From: Hyphochytrium catenoides
Lineage: Eukaryota; Protista; Hyphochytriomycota
Reading direction: 5' to 3'
DNA: 64,000 nucleotides
Assembly (NCBI GenBank): GCA_900088475.1
Contig: FLMG01002043.1
Location: 7,928-71,927, forward strand
Below the pieces are notes generated by a model that saw only the letters and a list, made by a program, of their open reading frames with translations, was not told the origin of the DNA and ran no database searches. Position numbers and translations under genes: made by a program. This document shows, piece after piece, positions 61,243 to 64,000 of this stretch (position 1 is its first letter; every line of letters begins with the position of its first letter).

Positions 61243-62685
61243 CTAGACTTTTAAGGGGACAACTGGAAAGTCTCCGCAGTTGCAGACCTCAATCATATTT
61301 CCATCCGGATCATGAAAGAAGATCTGACCGAAAACCAAGTCGCCCTCCTGGATTTTGTTCTCAATGTATTGGATCTGGCGTTGGCTCAATATGGAGCGCA
61401 CAGCTTCTAGAGAGGAACTGTGAAAGAAAATATGATTGCTCTTGGGGTCTATCTCTCGCGGTTGAACCTTAGCTTTGCTGCCTTCTATAAGGTGAGGTCC
61501 AACGCCAAAGCCGGTGAGCCAGTAGCCATCAACCTTCAACGACTCTGGGCGCTTGATAAGCTCAAACCCTAACAGATCGTGATAGAATGAGAATGACTTC
61601 CGGAAGTCTGCGCACACGTACAAGACGTGGTTTAGGGAGTTGAGAAGAGGAAGACCAGAATATTTGAGGCCGGCCGCGGTGCCTCCTATCGCCGAGGTGA
61701 GGGCTGTTTCTGTGTTGCTCTTTTGTCCGGTTGTCCTTTTACGCCCAACCACAGATGGTAGCTGTGACGAAAACTGAGGTACAACTGCAGAGGCAAGGCT
61801 GTGACCGACGACCACGTCATAAACCGCAGCGGACGCTTCCGCTGCTAGAGGCCTGTATATTGGCGGCAACTCGCCTCTGGTGGCGGTGGCGCTTGCTTTT
61901 GCGCCGGCGCTAGCAGCCTTGTAGAGCTTAACAAATGCTCCAAGCGCTAGGGATCGCTCTAGAAGATTAGCAGCAGCAGCAGGCAGCTTGATGTTTTTAC
62001 CCCCCTTTGCCAAGCCCGCAAGGGCTCCGAGAGCTTTTAGACGGGCTCCTTCAGAGAAGCCTAGTTCGCTGAGGTATTCAATAAACTTTTTAAGCGCTTG
62101 CACAGGTTTGGAAGAGAAGAAGGCAGGCAGTACTGGCTGCTGTTGCTTTACCCTTGAAGGGAGTGGCTCCTTATTATTTGTATTCGAGGAGACTTTCGCT
62201 TTTATCCAGTCAGCGACCTTTTGAAAACGCCTTGGTATAGCCTGCACAACGTCAGAGGAGGAGAAGGCGGATGAGCCTGGGTTCTTTTCCATCTCTGTCA
62301 AGAGGCGTGAGAACTGCCGTCGGATTCCTTCTGCAAGGTTACTGCTGGTGCCATCGAATCCCTTAATTAACTGTTGAAGATTCTCGAGTAAACGACTTCC
62401 AGGCCTGCCAGAAGGAAACTGCGCCGACAGTCTGCGGAGAAAGCTGTCTAAGCGTGCCTGAACCTGCTCCGGTGTATAGGCTCTGCCCGTTGCTCCGTGA
62501 CTTTTTGAAGCGATTGGCGCCACCTGCGCGACCGACCTCGAAGGCCTGCTGTTTTTTGCTGGCCCTCCCACTGCTGGGACCACAGCGTTTCCTTCTCCGC
62601 GTAAGGCATTGTTCATCGTTCCCAAGACCGTAGCCTCCCGTTCGATGAAACCACTGCGAGCACCTCGTGGGTTGGAGAAAGACAT
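61243..62685 (-). CDS. Glyoxalase I-like/VOC-family protein (plant GLYI-like type) with ~340-aa N-terminal extension
   Basis: The C-terminal ~135 aa read LPLLNSLNHV...FYHDLLGFELIKRP...WL..FGVGPHL...IDPKSNHI...QIFFHDPDGNMIEVCNC...PVVPL. The ORF is a single uninterrupted 480 aa; an upstream exon is possible (TTTAG just before the ATG). Confidence 0.85.
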   Translation of the reverse strand: MSFSNPRGARSGFIEREATVLGTMNNALRGEGNAVVPAVGGPAKNSRPSRSVAQVAPIASKSHGATGRAYTPEQVQARLDSFLRRLSAQFPSGRPGSRLLENLQQLIKGFDGTSSNLAEGIRRQFSRLLTEMEKNPGSSAFSSSDVVQAIPRRFQKVADWIKAKVSSNTNNKEPLPSRVKQQQPVLPAFFSSKPVQALKKFIEYLSELGFSEGARLKALGALAGLAKGGKNIKLPAAAANLLERSLALGAFVKLYKAASAGAKASATATRGELPPIYRPLAAEASAAVYDVVVGHSLASAVVPQFSSQLPSVVGRKRTTGQKSNTETALTSAIGGTAAGLKYSGLPLLNSLNHVLYVCADFRKSFSFYHDLLGFELIKRPESLKVDGYWLTGFGVGPHLIEGSKAKVQPREIDPKSNHIFFHSSSLEAVRSILSQRQIQYIENKIQEGDLVFGQIFFHDPDGNMIEVCNCGDFPVVPLKV

Positions 62686-64000
62686 AACACTAAAAGTAAG
62701 AAGAGATTGACAAAAATTGAACCAACAACCGAGTCGGTCGAAGAGGCTGCATAGAGCCGAGATCTTCGAGCTCTATTTTGTCTTTCGGGAGCTCCTGTCG
62801 TGCCATCATTCCTTGTCTGCTTCTCAGGGTATCGACGACGCTCTCTTGGAAGTTGTGGCACGCCAGCTTGAAAAGATGTGAGATGAGGAAGAGGAAAGAA
62901 GGTAGAGAACATAATGCTTTGAGGGAATGACTGCCTGCTACTTATAACCTCTAGAGGCGATAGAGAGGGCCCTCTCCTCTGTCTCTTCCTCACTTTCAAG
63001 CTCTTCTGCAGGAAAAGTCTTCTTTTCTCTAGACTGCAGGCGATGGGAAATTGAAGAATGAAGCTGCTGGCGAAGCAGGAGAGTGGATGGCGAGTAGGAG
63101 TAGGGCTTCACCTGATAGCTATGTTGACCATCTCGGGCCTATCATCCACCACATAATAACACCATGATAAGAAGAGAGACTATGGATGTAGTTAGCCGCT
63201 GGGCGGGTTAGGCATTTGAGTGGAGAAGTACGTGAGCTAGGTGAGATGGCGATAGGGATTAAGGTTCATTAGCCATAACCGCTGCGGTGACTGAGCAGAT
63301 GTTTCTTTCATGGCGAGACGAACTTGACACTAATAACTAAAGCGGAATCTGTCTAGGGCTAGAGGAGAATCATTCAATATGTTCTCTACCAGAAAGCGAG
63401 CGAGTAGGTGAGCTCGAAGAGCAGCGAACGCACTTACGACCGGTTACTCTCTCCCCAGAAAGAGTCTACGGTCCTTCCTATCAGTTCTTATCAGTACCTT
63501 CTCTTCCTAGCATCTCTTATGGCCAGATTACCGTAATAAGTAGCATAAGCATGATTGAAAGGAAAGGAGAGAGTGGTCACCGCAGATTGATACGGAACGG
63601 AATCCTTCCTGCTCTCCTTCATTGGAGTTCTTACGTTCTCGTTCTACAGTGGCTCGCTTTCTAGAGAAAAGAAGAGTCGGACGGTCGCTCTCTTTTGGTG
63701 GGTTTCTTTACCTTTTATAAGTAGCTCTACTGTCATCAGGTAAAACTACCAGTTTCTGCCAAAATTTTCTAGGAAGCACAAAGAAATAGGAGAGGAGAGA
63801 CCATGCGGTTCATCCGAAACCTGAAGGGGTGTTCTGATCGGCACTAAGGTCATCCATTATACGGTCTAGTGTACCTTATTACCGTCGCTAATAACCACGC
63901 TGGTTGACTGTTGAGGAAAGCTGTTGTGGAGACGAGTCACCTGAAAAATAATGCAAGAAGATTATCCCCATTTATTAGCAGAGGTGAGATGTGTTCTGGC

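Noticed and set aside
1-64000. CRISPR array, rRNA, tRNA or prokaryotic operon
   Set aside because: No regularly spaced repeat-spacer array or structural RNA signature was seen; the window is intron-containing eukaryotic DNA.

Overview
This is eukaryotic (protist-like, possibly stramenopile; the taxon is an inference) genomic DNA with canonical GT-AG introns, the standard genetic code, abundant GA/CT microsatellites and two 34-N gaps. The intron-rich genes are Nup188 (with an internal SAM-like domain), a zinc-ribbon/PXB/DUF3818/MABP protein and a GH38 lysosomal-type alpha-mannosidase. A final spliced exon of the mannosidase, missed by the ORF track, adds a transmembrane anchor and a YxxPhi tail. 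A two-exon gene encodes an F-box/LRR protein with predicted dual N-acylation. Apparently single-exon genes are a GPI-type chitin deacetylase, a multi-pass membrane protein, a one-repeat DUF2408 mini-protein, a thaumatin-like protein, a secreted NLRG...KRAL protein and a plant-type glyoxalase-like (VOC) protein with a long N-extension. Intergenic DNA holds decayed relics: a MITE, an L1/Tx1-like LINE, a CRE/R2-type RLE retroelement, a Cys-loop-receptor-like pseudogene and a low-complexity pseudogene. These relics show hints of CpA->TpA (RIP-like) hypermutation. All family assignments are from motif recognition by eye; no database search was run.
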